From contig OZ286477.1 in the NCBI GenBank assembly GCA_965644265.1, positions 41,292,001-41,356,000 of the forward strand: DNA of 64,000 nucleotides. The letters run 5' to 3'. Source of the DNA: Glycera tridactyla (lineage: Eukaryota). Shown piece after piece: positions 26,790-41,349 of the stretch (position 1 is the first letter of the stretch; each line of letters starts with the position of its first letter). The notes beneath the pieces were generated by a model. It saw only the letters and a list, made by a program, of their open reading frames with translations. It ran no database searches and was not told where the DNA came from. The position numbers and the translations under genes were made by a program.

Positions 26790-28520
26790 TCCCTACCATA
26801 TGACAATAATGTTGTGTACCATGAGCCGTTTCTCCACCCACCGATTTTCGAATTTAAAAGTGTGTCTCAAGGAAGTTTGTGATATTGTAAAGCATCTGAG
26901 CAATTCGTCGGCAGCATGCCAAGACGGTATTTCAAGTGAATTTGTAAAACTGCTACCAGAGAACATCTTGAGAGTACTTACCAACTTATGTAACTTATCT
27001 GTTAAGAGGTCTATTTTTTTTCCCAGATTGCTGGAAGTCAAGTGTTGTGACTATCATACACAAGGGAGGTACTGATTTGTCAGTGAATAACTTCAGGCCA
27101 ATCTCTATTACCCTGACTATCAGTAAAGTATTAGAGCGCATCACTCATACGCAACTACATGAATATCTTATCGAAAAAGCAGTTTGGATTCATGAAGGGG
27201 AGCTCCACTGGGACGTTTCTGGCTACCTTTTAAGACAAAATATACACGAATGTTGACACAGGACCTCCCACTGGGGTCCTCTTCCTGGATCTAAAAAAAG
27301 CTTTTGATACGGTTAATCATGATTTATTATTGGCAAAGCTAAAAGAGATTGGTTTGAGAAACAGTGCCCTATCATGGTTTTACTGACTATTTATCAGGGA
27401 GAAATCAGTGCGTCAAATTTGACAATGTATTATCAGGTTATCAGTTAATTTGTTGTGGGGTCCCCCAGGTCCATATTGGGCCCCCTGTTTTTTGTCATTT
27501 ATGTGAACACCATTCCTGAAAGTGTATCCGAATTGAGGGCATATTTATATGCAGATGACACTGTTGTCATCGCAACTCGAGACAATCAGCCAGAAATTGT
27601 TGGCAAGTCAACCATGGACCTTACTAAATTGTACGCATGATTTAATTCTATGAAGTTATCTTTGAATGTTTCAAGAACGAAATTAATGTTTTTCGGTAGT
27701 CATCCCCAAGTTCCTATGATAACGGTGCATTCGTTATTGTGTGCAGGAACAGTGATTGACAGGGTCGAAAATTTCAAGTATCTTGGTATTTTTCTGGATG
27801 AACATTTGAACTTCGAGTCACATGCAGATCATTTGGTCAAAAAGGTGACTAGACGTAGGTTGGCTCTTAGACATATCAGGCACTACATCTCTAGGGAGAG
27901 AGCAGTATTCCTGTATCACTCCCTGATCCAATCAGTTATCTGCTATAATGGTTATATCTATGATGCATGTGGATCTGGTGCAGCAGAAAGACTGCAACAT
28001 CGTCAGAATTCTTGTCTACGGACTTTCCTGAATGTACCATCCAGGTTCCCATCTGAGACATGCCATAATATATTAGAGGTGCCATACCTGGCAACTCTCC
28101 GAGTGCGACAGCTGAACATGAAGACATACAAGAAAATTGATGGTATTGGTGACCCCAATCTAGTTTGTATTCCCACTCTACGGAGTGATATCTTAACAAG
28201 GACTACCCGACAGACAGATGGACGTGACCTTGAAATTGGGCGAACAAGGACGGTCTTTGCTGAGGGCTCGATGAACATCCGCGGATGAGCATCCTGGAAC
28301 TTGCTCACTGTCAATATCAGAGAGTCACCAAGAATTGGTACCTTTAGAAAAAGTTTGAAGTGTTTATTAAGTACTTGGGCAGAGACAGATAGTAAATTCA
28401 CACTGGTTATCTTATGTATTGTGAGTATCATCTGTATCTGACCTTATACAAGATTGTTCACTTTGTCGTGGTTTGACTTAGTTGACCAGATCTCAGTAAC
28501 AACTTACTGGATAAGAGGTG
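26790..28520 (+). mobile_element. 5'-truncated non-LTR retrotransposon (CR1/L2-group) reverse transcriptase fragment, frameshifted
   Basis: RT motifs across frames: DGIS, HKGG...NNFRPISITLTISKVLER, VLFLDLKKAFDTVNHDLLL, GVP(Q)GSILGPLFF, LYADDT, then LNVSRTKLM...FKYLGIFLDEHLNFESH (ORF 27650-28288). Absent from the matching site in unit B (~56760-56870). Confidence 0.93.
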
Positions 28521-30257
28521 AATTTAGATACTGATTTTAATGAAATCGGAATTGAATTTTGTCTTTGTTAACAACTTCATGTATTCGTGGTCAGTATTTG
28601 TTCAATCCATTTATTTCACTTCATTTCATTTTACTCAAATTTCATTTTCATATTTTCTACTTCATTCGGTTTCAGTTCATCTCATACCATTTGTTCTTTC
28701 TCGCTTGTCCATATTATCACTCCATAATCACATGTCTTCGTTATAACTCCATAATTACTCGATACCCATCGTCATTATGATGCCTACTATACCAACAGTA
28801 TTATTCATGTAAATACACATGAAAGTCACAATAATTTACTCTTTCCACAATTGTTCATGCCCGGTATATGTCAACATAAGCCCACCACCTGGAAGGTGTG
28901 CCATCATGCGCAACATGCTGTGGGAGTGCTGAACTTATTGTATATTAGTATTTGTATGAATTGCCTCTCAACTTTTGTTACCAGTTTAATTATTATACGT
29001 TCCTTGTGTTTATCAACCATGTCCATGAATGCATGTAACCTGACCCCAGGGTCCATGACATTTTTGAATGAAACATTCAAACAACATATCACATTCTATA
29101 CAAATTTCCTAAATTCCCCATTTCAAATTTTTTTTCTGTACTATGCCATAATTCATACCAATCTCCTGAAAATGACTCCATAATATTTTCGAAAAATTTT
29201 ATAATCCCTACCCATTCCAAAAATTCACCTACAGACTATTTTCCCGTATTGGTCCATAGTACACACCCATCCCCAAAATTCACTATCCACCCAATTTTTC
29301 TGAAGCATACCATATTCTCTTCCAATTTCTCCGATCAACTACGGCACCTTTTTTTCGTACCATACCATATCCTCTATCCGTCGCCTTAATTCACTATCCC
29401 CCTCATTATTCTGTGTTACACCAGTTCCCAAGAGCAACTGCCAGGAATTGGTCCTCCCTAGTGACATTAGCGTCTCTCTGCTGTCTACTCTCGTTTCCCC
29501 GAATACTAGCTATTTGCATGAACAATGAAAGCATTCTCACCTAGCAAGTCGACCAGAAGTCACTGTCTTCTACAGGCACGTTTGACGTTATGACTCGAGT
29601 TCGAGTTTTTTGTGATCTCCGTTGGAGATCACTATGCTACCACCTCTCTGCTCGAAATGCTTTCTAACTTCGCCGATTCTGACTCTCAAGGCTAATATAA
29701 TCAAACGAATCTGGATCGGATCTGTGTAAAAGGATCGAATGATCTAATCTGACACAAATTTAAGATGCTTTATTGATCCGATGAACGACAATTCGAGGAA
29801 ATGTACCGATTATGTAATACAAAATTCTCTCAACACTCGTTTTTGTGGCCGATTACCGAAGCACACAGATATGATCGCTCAGAGATGTATAGCTACGCAC
29901 AAATAGTAAATGCCTGTCAATCAAGCTTTTTGGGAACGCCCACTTCGAAAAAGTAGTGCTTTTTGTTCGCACCTCATTAACAGGTTTCATGGTGAAATAA
30001 CAGACACACTGTTGGCACGATCATCTCAATTGATTCCTCGACATCCATTTGTCCTGTCTGTATGCATAAATCTTGAACAATCCATCACTGTAAAATCTGT
30101 TTGTCAGCTATACTCGTTGTTCTCTAGTTGACTCAACTAGTTGTTTATTTTCAAGTTATGAATACTTGTTGGTTCAGGGTACAGAAGACAAATTGGGTTC
30201 TGCAAGTAGTGTCAACTTATATGGGATGAGTTAATCAGGTGACCAACTGATAGGGTC

Positions 30258-30551
30258 AAGTCATATCTGCCCTAAGCAGCCAATTAAAATGAAATAGATT
30301 GGTTTTGAAACAACTTTCATCAAATACAGTTATCATAATACAGGTACAGTCAAACCTGTCTATGAAGACCGCCTCCCATCAAAAAGTGGTCTTTATTGGC
30401 AGGTGGTCTTTATAGAGAGGTCATTTACTGCTTAAAATACTACCATGGTCCCAGCTCAGGTGGTCTTTATAGAGAGGTGGTCTTTAGAGCAGGTTTGACT
30501 GTATTAGGTTTTCAGACAGTAAATATTGGCTGCTCAAGACAGATTTGACTG
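30258..30551. mobile_element. Older related MITE hosting the 155 bp MITE
   Basis: Imperfect TIRs aagtcatatctgccctaagcagccaat (30258-30284) and attggctgctcaagacagatttgactg (30525-30551), with TA at 30552-53. Confidence 0.65.
30347..30501. mobile_element. 155 bp Tc1/mariner-superfamily MITE
   Basis: TIRs cagtcaaacctg / caggtttgactg, flanked by TA at 30345-46 and 30502-03. Internal repeats of ggtggtctttatagagagg. Confidence 0.9.
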
Positions 30552-30908
30552 TATTTTATCATCACTTGCTGTTCAGTACATCAGTAGAAATCTTGAATGA
30601 TGAATGGATGAAGTATATTGAGTCAAGAGGAGGGGTGCAACTTTCAATGTACAAAAACCTACAGGCAGGAAGTCTGCTATTACCTATACTAGCACTCTAG
30701 CATATCACCCTCCCCAGCTGCCATCTGTGAAGTAGCTTACCCCATGTGTTGTGTCCAGCAGCAAAGGACTAACCAGGCTGCCTTGCCACACACCACTGGT
30801 CACAACTGTGCATGTTTCCCTGCAACTATCATCTCCCAGCATGGCACAGTTGAGACCTCCATCTCAACCACTCTTCAATCCTTAATATCACACGTTCTAG
30901 GCTGCCAT

Positions 30909-31238
30909 CCATGATCCATTGGTGAGTATGATAAAAGGGCTCAATGTCATGATCTCAGTGATATTTGTATGATGGATACCAGTTCATTGGAATAGGTTGA
31001 ATTTTGGAGTTTATTCATTGATGTCAGATTGATCTGAATTCATGTAGGTCAATAGTCAGGATGTTTATGTGGGATGGGGGTATGGGGGGGGGGCTGTACT
31101 GTACTAAGATTCAAGCTCAATGACATCAATGAATGAACTCCAAAATTTCACCTATTCCGATAAACTAGCATCCATCATACAAACATTACTGATATCACAA
31201 CATTAAACTCTTTCATCTTTCTCACCAATGGATGGTGG
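30909..31238. mobile_element. Foldback/MITE-like element with ~137 bp inverted arms
   Basis: 30909-31046 is the imperfect reverse complement of 31102-31238, with a ~55 bp spacer containing a G-run. No TSD identified. Confidence 0.7.
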
Positions 31239-32251
31239 TATTTTAGTACATATACTGGAAATAAACTAGTTCAGAGAACCTGATGGCTCCAAGTCAGAGT
31301 AGATGATAGGAACAAGTCAGAACAACTTACAGACTCTGAGTCAACTTGCTGACTGGGGACAAGTCATCACAACTTACATGTTCTAAGTTTGTGTAACTAT
31401 TGACAACAAGTTGAGACAACTTGCAAGTTCTAAGTAGTGTAAATCAGTATGAGCTAGTGACATATACAAGATGACTCAAGTCAAAGCAATGCCACTACTT
31501 TTGCAATGCAAGTTTGGTGTACTTCTCCTTTGGTAGTCATAGCTACTCATTGGCAATAGGGCAGCACTGCTGCATCATTACCATAAGTTATCACAACTCA
31601 ACATTTTTTACAGTGATGTTTTGGCCGATAGGATCATTAGTAGGGGAGTGAAGTAGTGCTTCTTGTTCGCACCTCGTTACCATTATGGCCACATTTCATC
31701 ACAAACAGATGCGTTAGCAAGAAGTTTATCAAATCATCGTCATTCATGTTTATTACGTTTAGAGCCGGGACTACTTTTGCCAAATTGTGTCACATGACCG
31801 AAGCAAATAACAAGTAGCTCTCTCTGTCTGTCTCTCTCTCCCTCGCTCTTGATTCCTCGGCATCCATTTGTCTTCTCCATGTATAAATCTCGAAAAATCT
31901 GTGTTTTGGTTGATGTGATAGTTACCAGGTTTCATGGATCACTGCGCCGATTCGTGAATGAAGTTGTAGACAGCGTGTGTAAAACCAGCCAATCAGAGAG
32001 CAGCACTCACATGAATGACGGCGATTCGACGAACGCTTCAGTTTGTGATGGAGCATGGCCATAAGACAAATCTACGGGTGGCTCACTCATGACTCGCACC
32101 AGGAGAACCTCTACCGCAAGTTCCTGAAGGAGGGCTTTTCACTATCCCCCGTCGTCATAGTCGTCGTCTCTCTCTTTCTCTCTCGCTCTCTCTCTCTTAG
32201 GTGGTGGTGGTGGTGGTGGTGGTGGTGGGTATGAAGGTGGTGGTGGTTGCT

Positions 32252-32383
32252 NNNNNNNNNNNNNNNNNNNNNNNNNNNNNNNNNNNNNNNNNNNNNNNNN
32301 NNNNNNNNNNNNNNNNNNNNNNNNNNNNNNNNNNNNNNNNNNNNNNNNNNNNNNNNNNNNNNNNNNNNNNNNNNNNNNNNNNN
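32252..32383. other. Assembly gap (N)
   Basis: N run between (GGT)n and CT-rich repeats. Confidence 1.
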
Positions 32384-35250
32384 CCCGTCCTCCCTCCCTA
32401 TATCTCTCTCTTTTTCTCTCTCCCCTCTCTCTCGCTCTCTCTCTATTTCGGAGATCTCTCGGCGCCCCTGGGCGTTCTTGTTCATGCTGGTCATGATCAC
32501 CCCGGGTGCATCAGTCAAATGTAACTGTTTTTTACACTTCAGCTTGCGTCATGATTCAAGTCTGCGTGATGCCATGCTGGATGTCATCATATTCCTCCCG
32601 TTTATCTTATATCTTTCGTCTTGCACAGCAATTCCAGCTTGCTCTGATGCATTCACCCACTGATTCTTCTACTCTTGCACATGTTGCATCCATCCCATAC
32701 CTTATCTAATTCACACTCTCATTTTATCTCTCTCTCTTCCGCTCGATTAATCTCTTCATATTTTCCCCTGTCAGGCGCTATTTCAGGCCAATGTCAGCGG
32801 GCCTAGTGAAGAATATCCGCCTCCTTATTATTGGCATCTTCGATTGTAATGCAGCAGCCATTTTATCATTTTTTTTGTCGTTGCTTTATGTGATAGTATC
32901 AGAATGTATTACCACATCTAATACTAGTTCACAGCAAAACATAATTACACCCTATGCAATCGGGGAGAGGAAATAAAACCTGAGCTTGTCTCACTGCGTG
33001 ATGAATTATGACACACTTATCTCATAAGATACCGGCAAAAGGAAAATTTGTCAGGATGTTTTCAAATTGTAATTGATTTTCAGGAATGCTTTGGGAATAT
33101 ATGATTATGATGAGTGATGAAACCTTCCTCCACGTTTCAACACATATCATTCAAAGATGGTGGTACATTCTGTCACAAGTCCATGAAGAATGATAGCAAC
33201 GGGGAATGGGAAAAGTGCTCTAGTCGAATACGGATCTCACAATCCAAATTCAGACATTGTTCAGCATGCTTATTGCTCAAATACACCTACCTTAGACATC
33301 GAAGGAACGCGCTGCACCTTCAATAGAAACACATCTACATGAAGAAATTGCGGATACAAATGTCGACCAAGACATACAAGAAAAGCTTGCAGATAAAAAC
33401 TGCATGTGACTCTAGTATGAGTATGGATCTCATGAAGTTCAGCTATCCATTTAGGATCATGAGAGAGGCGTCTCGAGTGATTACACAAATGCCCATCACA
33501 TGTGTGTATGAGAATTGTCTGGATGAAGCTAATTTTGAAAAAAACAACGAACCAACTAATGCATCATACCATTTAGCGAACCTTCCAACTCATCAACAAT
33601 CCATCCATCTCAACAATCAACCAGAATACTTGCAGTGAGCATCTTCTGAAAAATCCACATCAACATTCTTGTGGCGTCCGTAAGAGAACTTACTTCACCA
33701 CGAAGAAAGATTTTCACACATTATGAACCTTTATCTCATGTATTGATATTGAATCTGTTCGAACTCAAACTAGAATGGAGGCATTTTTGTTACCAGCTGG
33801 TCTCCATATGAGGGAAGAAACAATATTTGAGGCAGTTAGCGAATATGAAGTGAAGAGAATGAGGAGAAATGTGAAAAAGATGAGCGAAAAAAATTATAGA
33901 ATGTAAGACGGAAGTGAGAGTATAACCAGAGTATGTGGAAGGGTGAGAGGAACAAAATAGGGTTACAAAGAATGTAGAAAGAGAGCAGAAAAGATTGAGG
34001 TTAGGAAGTGAAGAAGAATGGAAGGAGTTGTGTAAACAGGGGGGGGGGAGTTGGGAAGAGAGAGATGAAGAAGAGAGACAGGGAGAGATGGGAAAGGAAG
34101 AAAATGATTGAAGGAGCTGCCAAAGAATATGATCGAAAACGGAAAGGCGTGGGTGGCCTACTCCATGCTGTCTGCTGTCTAGCCCAATCAACTAGCCTTC
34201 AGTTGCACAGGGTCAATGTTACAAGTAAGACGAATTATGCAGCTTTGGTCACTCTTCGCCCTTTTTCAACAGAGGGAGGAATATCGGATCAAAACTTCAG
34301 AAAACTGGCTTTCGTGTGAAAGTGATTGGGATAATTGGTAGATTTGAGAGGTGTTCAAAAGTTTGTGTGCGTGACAGAGCGCCGGGGGGGGGGGGAGCTG
34401 GCTTGAGCTGATCTTGATTTAGATTGCAGCTGATGTCAGCTCTAACAATCAGGGGCATCCATTCCGCAGATTAACTACAAGCTCTCACCGATAATGACAT
34501 CTGCTTCTTTACAATCCTAGTTTCCGAAAAAAGAAAACCGATCTCATGTTACTCTCTCATGCGAGGGTGCTGTAATTCTACCACTTACTTTGGAATGAGT
34601 TTCTGTCTAGAAGGATTACTTGCAGATTTGATGAGGATTTTTTGATTAGAGGTATATTGTCAGAAATATCGGGGTATAATTCTCATGATCAGCATTCCAC
34701 TGCCGAAGACTTTATGACATTACTGAGATCCAATCTATAATATTTGACAGTAATTCGGTTAAAGGAATGGGGATCCATGTGAATAATTCTGGCAGGTTAG
34801 AGCAGACTTTCTGTTTGAAGTAAGATTTGGGCTGCGCACACTGATTTTCAATGACATCAGTCTCAATGATAGCCTGGCATGTATACCAACCATTCCAGCG
34901 TTTTTGACCCTTCTATGGCAGTTTTTGTGAAGTTAAAGGTGATAAGACAGAAACCGTGAATCGGTATACAGATCACCATTAGCTGTTTGGTCTCTACGAC
35001 GAAAATCGTGAACCAATGTAAGCTCCACGATCAGCTATATATATGTATACAGAATCTAGAGAGGTCGACCTATGTGCCTACGCAAACAAACAATAAAATA
35101 TTTATTACACCGATATTCACAATAATAGTTAAAGATTGAATCTACATATATATACATATATATTTCAGCCAGAAGTACACCTTGTCAATGACTTTTCGCC
35201 TCCATCCAGGTAATGTCAGAGAGAACACGTTGGACATGAATTTTCCAGAC

Positions 35251-35253
<3 letters not shown>

Positions 35254-35314
<61 letters not shown>

Positions 35315-35798
35315 CTGTGTGGGTCTGTGTACATGTCTTTGTGTGAGGAGTCTACAGATATCCGATGATTTTGCCTTGGGTTATCATGGAGATTGTTTGT
35401 ATTTTCAGCGCCCCATCCATGTCTTCATCGATCTTTGCAATCATGAGTGAACATCAGTGCATGAATATGTTCGTGGGAGTCTCTCATCGAGTGACTCACG
35501 AACCAACAGGGAAACCTACATAGCAACATAACATGCCCTGAAGGAGCATGAGATCGTTGTAAAATTGTCCTAACCTCTGAACGTCCTCCTGGAAGTAATG
35601 TGAGATTACTTCTTCATCAATATCAGGTTTATTGAAGAGAATAGCTAGATTTATGGTTGAAAAAATGCTTGAATGAATATATTAGTTGTTGTACGAATGA
35701 ACTGAATGCATAAATCGATGGATGGAGTAATTGACAAACCAACAAAAGGGATAACAAGACATACTGACAGACAGGCCTATTACATATGAACAGACACA

Positions 35799-35851
<53 letters not shown>
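35254..35851. repeat. (GT)n at ~35254-35310 and (CA)n at ~35800-35851
   Basis: Direct reading of the sequence. Confidence 0.93.
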
Positions 35852-35854
<3 letters not shown>

Positions 35855-38800
35855 AACAGACTTCATGGCAGACAGACAGACAGACTAACATAGAGACAGA
35901 CATTTCGAGACAGATGGATATGTGTCATCATTGTTTGTCTTTCAGGACAAAGCCTTTTAACAATGTGAGGCACGAGTAATTGAGATGGTCTGGAGGGGGC
36001 AGAAATGGCCATCAATCTGTGCTCAGTTGTTTCCGCAGTGGTGGTTGATCGAGGGTGAGGTCGGCTGATGAGGCAGCTATATGCTTCAAGGCTATTCTCA
36101 TCACTGTCCCACACATTTCATAAATAAAGATGACATATGCCTCAGGTCATGCACATTCTCTACATCACCATCTCTCTCCTGCAGGCTGACCATGTCTACA
36201 CGTGCCTCTAATCCACTCTCTATTCAAATGTGATCGTAGCTTTAGAATTCCTGTAGGTATCTTCATCTAACTTGTAACAAAATTGCAGGGAGTTTTCAAT
36301 GAAATATCATCGAGAAGTTGCCATTCATCAAATGAAATGGGATAGATCGGAAAGTGACAAAAGTTTTATAGTCTTTTCAGGAAATAGTGTGAAACTACCA
36401 TATGTCTTGCATATAGTTCTCGGATCTGTATGACGGAAATTGTGAATCATGATTCATTGGATATTCTGCTGTTTAGTCCCTGTGACAAAAAATCTTTTCC
36501 AATTACATGTATATTTGTTGCTACCACTACTTGTCTCACTTGAATGGATGGTATAATTCGGATGTAGTACACTTCAATGATGGATTTTGATAGTGAAAAG
36601 TAATGTTTCTCTTTGATCAGCTGCTGAGCGGCTCCCATGATGTCAAAGCCAGATTGTCTGGTAACAATGGAAACTGTTGAGAGAATGGGGAGCCATTGGT
36701 TTGAAGAGAGGCTCTAAACATGAACTGATTATTCAGATCAAATGAGTAGATCTGTGTTTTGAAGTTGGACTAATATGCTGAAGAGTGCTAGCACTCTTAG
36801 GATTGTATTAATCTGGAGAGAGTTGTGATTTACGATGTGAATGACAACCAGAGTAAATCCAGTGTGCATTTTGAGCTGACAGCTGATGCATGTTTGTACA
36901 CCCGGCTTGATTGTGGCAAACAGAATGTCATATCAAAGAAGATTCCTGAGGGCCCAAGGGCCTTGCAACAGCCCACAAAAAACCCAATTTGTGTCAGGAT
37001 ATTTTTTTTATATGCGATCAGAGAATTGAGTGGAATCTGCCCTGTTGATGTCTGTGTGGGGATAAACAAGATAATTCTATATTCTGTCATGAGTCAGTTA
37101 CAGAATAGGGGAAATTCATCACAGAGTGAGTGAGTGAGTGAGTGAGTGAGTGAGTGAGTGTGTGTGTGAGTGAGTGAGTGAGTGAACTAGTCAGTTAGAC
37201 AGTCAGTCAGTCAGTCAATCATATCCCAAGTGCTGAGCATGCTACAGAGGTTAGCACTTTGTAGTACCATCAACGGAATGAACTTCTCATCCCTGGGTTG
37301 CCCCCTGCAGTCCTTACGTAATGTGCGATAGATGAATCAACAAAAAAACATGGGAATAGGAGTCTTGTCATACCATAGATTGCTTACACAATATTTCGAT
37401 ATAATCCACTCTACTTCTCCAAAGCTCGCCATCATGTTATAACTCCATTAATCTGATGGAAGTCATGATCGACAGCATGTTTGACGATCAGAGTAAATCA
37501 CAGGCGCATGTCGATTTGACAGTTCTTCAATTTTCTACATCCAGCTTGACAGTGGTAATCAGAATACATCAAGGAGAGCTCCTGAGGGCCTCGCAATAGC
37601 CTGTCTACTCTCTGCATGTCGGGCAGGATATATATGATGAAAAATGAGATCTTCCTATTTTTTTTCATGATTGGGTTACAGAAGTTGGGGAATGCTTGGT
37701 GAACTTACATAAGACACTGCACAAATTGGCTGGTGCTTCACATAAGGAACACCAAGCAAATCATCGAGATATGCACCACCATTGATCGCAGCTAAGATAA
37801 AAGATACTAGCATTTCTTATAATTTCCTCATTATGAGAATCATTATTCAAAAAGCGTGGTCTGGGAAGCTAAAGTTCATAGGGAAAGTGATGAGCAACAT
37901 GGATATCAACATCCTGACCGAATGCCCCTTTTGGTGTCTGGTAAAATCCATGCTTCCCCCATTTAGTTCATCAGAGATGCAGTAGACATGAGAGTATGAA
38001 ATCATCCAATACCTATATAGGCCTACACATGTGATGAGCGTTTTGGTATAATGAGAGAGATGTGAATATCATGGTTTTTAGTCTGGTATCCTCACAAGTT
38101 CACCCTATTCTTAAATTTTTTCACTTGGCAGACCTCTTCAAGCCTGAGCTGTTACCATACCCTGGGAAGTATACAATGCGAACAAAGAGTTAACTACATT
38201 GGCTTAGCAGTCTACAATCACAATTGATGTCCATAACCCAGTGCCGTTTCATCAAAATGATGGAGAATAGCGGTTGCACTCAGTCAGCTCCACATAAAGA
38301 TGTATCCTTGGTGAGAAGAGCAGATCATGGAGATCTACGTAATGATGCAGGTCCTGCACTGAATGGTGAACCTTTCTTATTTAGTTAACCATCAGAGAAA
38401 GAGCCCCTGCTAGATCACAACTGAACTTGAATGAATTGGTATCACATGTTCACTCCATATCATGTATAGACTTTCTGAATGAGTGAGATTAGATATGGTA
38501 CTCTCTCCTGTGGTTCATAAAGATAAAGATGTAGGTCGAAGGGTCATGGCTCTTTATGATTGGATGGCGCAGGATTTGTGATTATGTCATAATGAAGGTT
38601 ATAAGATGCTGAGGATGAAAATTCATGTGAGTCATCTCACCTTCCTCAACTCGAGGCTGCTGACTTTCTCTGATGATGAAATAATGAAGATAAACCTGCT
38701 GATTAGGTGCAAATCACCGAATAGCATGAGCCAATTCTAGTGATATCTCCAGGGAAGGATCACACAATTAGTTCAGACTGGCAGCGGCGCACTTAGTTGC

Positions 38801-41349
38801 AATCGATTGGGATTTTCGATCAAGTATTCTATATTGTGAAGAGCGAAACACACTACGATTGCACATCGAAATCTTGCAGCAGATGAAATACAATGAGCTC
38901 TAATGGACATCAGCATAAAAAAGTGACACACATTTGAACACAGAAAGGCTCAATGGCTGTATATTGTCATCAGACATCCATGCCAACCACATACACAGCT
39001 AAGACCTCTGTAGCCTACAATCACCTGAATCATCACGCACTCCATCAATTAACCAATCAATCTATTGATCAATCGATCAGTCGAACAATGGGTGTGACAG
39101 TGAACCAATTCATCAATCGATCCATAAATCAATCAATCAATCATTCATCCATCCATTCATTCATTCATTCATTCATGCATCCACCCATTCATTCATTCAT
39201 CAATTCATTTTTCTCGTTATCTGTATGAAGGGCACACAGTTAAGTGTTGCCATTGAATTACAGCCTCACCCTCCCTAGATGGCTCATATTTAACACACAT
39301 CTGGATCCTGCCCCTCACCGTAATGATGTGATTATCCTAAGCCATCACTTAACACTAATAGTTCACACTGACAGCTGGGATAATCCAATTGGTTTTATCA
39401 AATGTCAGCATGTCTGGATTATATTAATCTGCCGGGAATTATAATTGACGATGCATGTGACATGGAGAATAAATCACCACCATGTAGGACTGACAGTTAC
39501 CCATGTTCCCATGACAACTCCGATGACGTAAATATGAATGAGATATGGACTGCTTCTCTGCGATGCATTTCATCAGCACTGAATCTAACTTGTATATCCC
39601 TCTTTTGCATACTTCTCGTGTATACTTATATTTGAATTCATTTTTCATATTCCTCTTCTGTATACCTAATTTGTATACTTTGTATACAAATGAGGCGTCC
39701 CTCTTTCGCTGAACTGTAAACTACTTCTGTTTACCACTACTGTATTGGTCATCCTGTATATCTGCCATCGATCACAACTGAAGTGAATCGGAATTGTAAT
39801 CCCCGATGTATACCTCTTTTCTGTATCTCGTTTTGTATTCTTCTTTGTTTTTACTGTGTACCTCATTTTATACCTCTGTCATATACATCTATTGTTCATA
39901 TATTCTGTTAACCATTTCATATACCTCTTTTTCAAACAACATATTTACACTTTTTCTGAGACCTCTTCTGTTTTCCATCTATGTTTTACCAGTCTGTCAT
40001 CCTCTCATCTGTACCTCCTCTGTATGCCTCCATCCCTTAACTCATCTGTGTTCATCTTTTGTCTGTGTCTTTCATCCAATCAATCTCGCGTGCAACTCTA
40101 TAATAAGAGGAAAGAAGGAAAACTTTATACGAGACCACTGGAGTAGCGACAAACAGTCCATTTGAGCAGGCTGCGTATTGCACCATCGAGACATCTCGTC
40201 GAGCTCCCTATCCTCGAATAGCAACCTCTCATCAGGTAGTTCTATATTTTCTGGAAGGAGCTGCTGGAAAACCTGACTAGAATCGCATTGCAACAAACGA
40301 ATTATCTGCCCAATACAACAAAAGCTTCTAAGAAACTACTTGGATACTCAAGCCAGGCCAACTGACGACTCATATCAGCTCTCAAACCTCATGTATACAC
40401 CACAAAACTCGTCTATGAATTATTCTCTTGGATGCATCGAGCGGTAGATGCCTCTGTCCAGGTGAACACAATTTTCATTATTGATGATTAGTCATGCAAA
40501 ATCTCGTCATAAACGCAAAAGAAATAATTCCTCGGCTGGCTTGTGTTACGCCACTATCAATCACCCAACCAATCCTCGGGGATTCCTAACAGTATTGAGT
40601 TGAATATCCCCCAGCGAAGCTGGTTCACACGTGACTAGACACAACAATGGCTCCCGAAACATTATTGAAGATCCGGGTCTTTCGACTTTATCACAAAATG
40701 TGACAGCTGTAGAAATAGATCGTTAGCTTGTGGCTGTGTGACCCTACCACGCCATACCATACCATACTATACCATACTGTAACATACAAAGGCATAGCTT
40801 AGCACAACATGGCATTGCATGGTTTGCCATGCCTTGCATACCATAACCCCCTCCCTGTCCAATACTATACCATACCATATCATAAACACCCGACTGAATT
40901 CAGGGGGTGTTCATTCCTAATACGGGGACCAAAAGGGCGGACATGGATATTTGGCAAATGCTACATCTAATCTTGCTTGTAGGTATTCACTGCAATCCTA
41001 ATTCTCAAGATATCCTACTTTATGATCAACTGTGGTATTGTCAAGTAAGAATAACATTAGAGTGGTATGATACAGTTGTATTAGTTTGGGAAAATGGATA
41101 AATACTTCACCCTCCCTGCAATGGTTTGGGCGACTGTGCAGTGTCTGTATATCTGTGCTATCATTATCATCGTATGAATGATATATACATTACATTTCGA
41201 TGGATATAAGCAGAATATATGTACTTAATACTGTCGTAATTCATGCAAACAGTGCTTCTCTGGCATGTGAATAGTTGAAGAATGAAAGCATGAAAGACTC
41301 AGCGAAGAAATGAATATATTTGCTGGCAAAGCTCTTATCAGCCCACCTC

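Larger units (their letters stand above)
351..29580 (-). pseudogene. Segmental unit A: decayed multi-exon LRP-like (YWTD beta-propeller + EGF) gene segment
   Basis: Minus-strand remnants. EGF-like: SCMIYLIHKPKTCNCERQLIGQDSRQ (~2700-2790), GFTIQCRTCI (~8905-8935), HTLNHPCNY (~14280-14310), QLCLF...RTCILPNPEA (~22990-23105). Blade-like: GYW...VVSLDGS* (~19005-19060), LSVDTASDML and SIDIDQKRLY (ORF 26432-26665), NIDRFEG and LHSPLSLA (ORF 17039-17260). Many stops and frameshifts. Colinear with units B and C, including intronic DNA. Confidence 0.75.
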
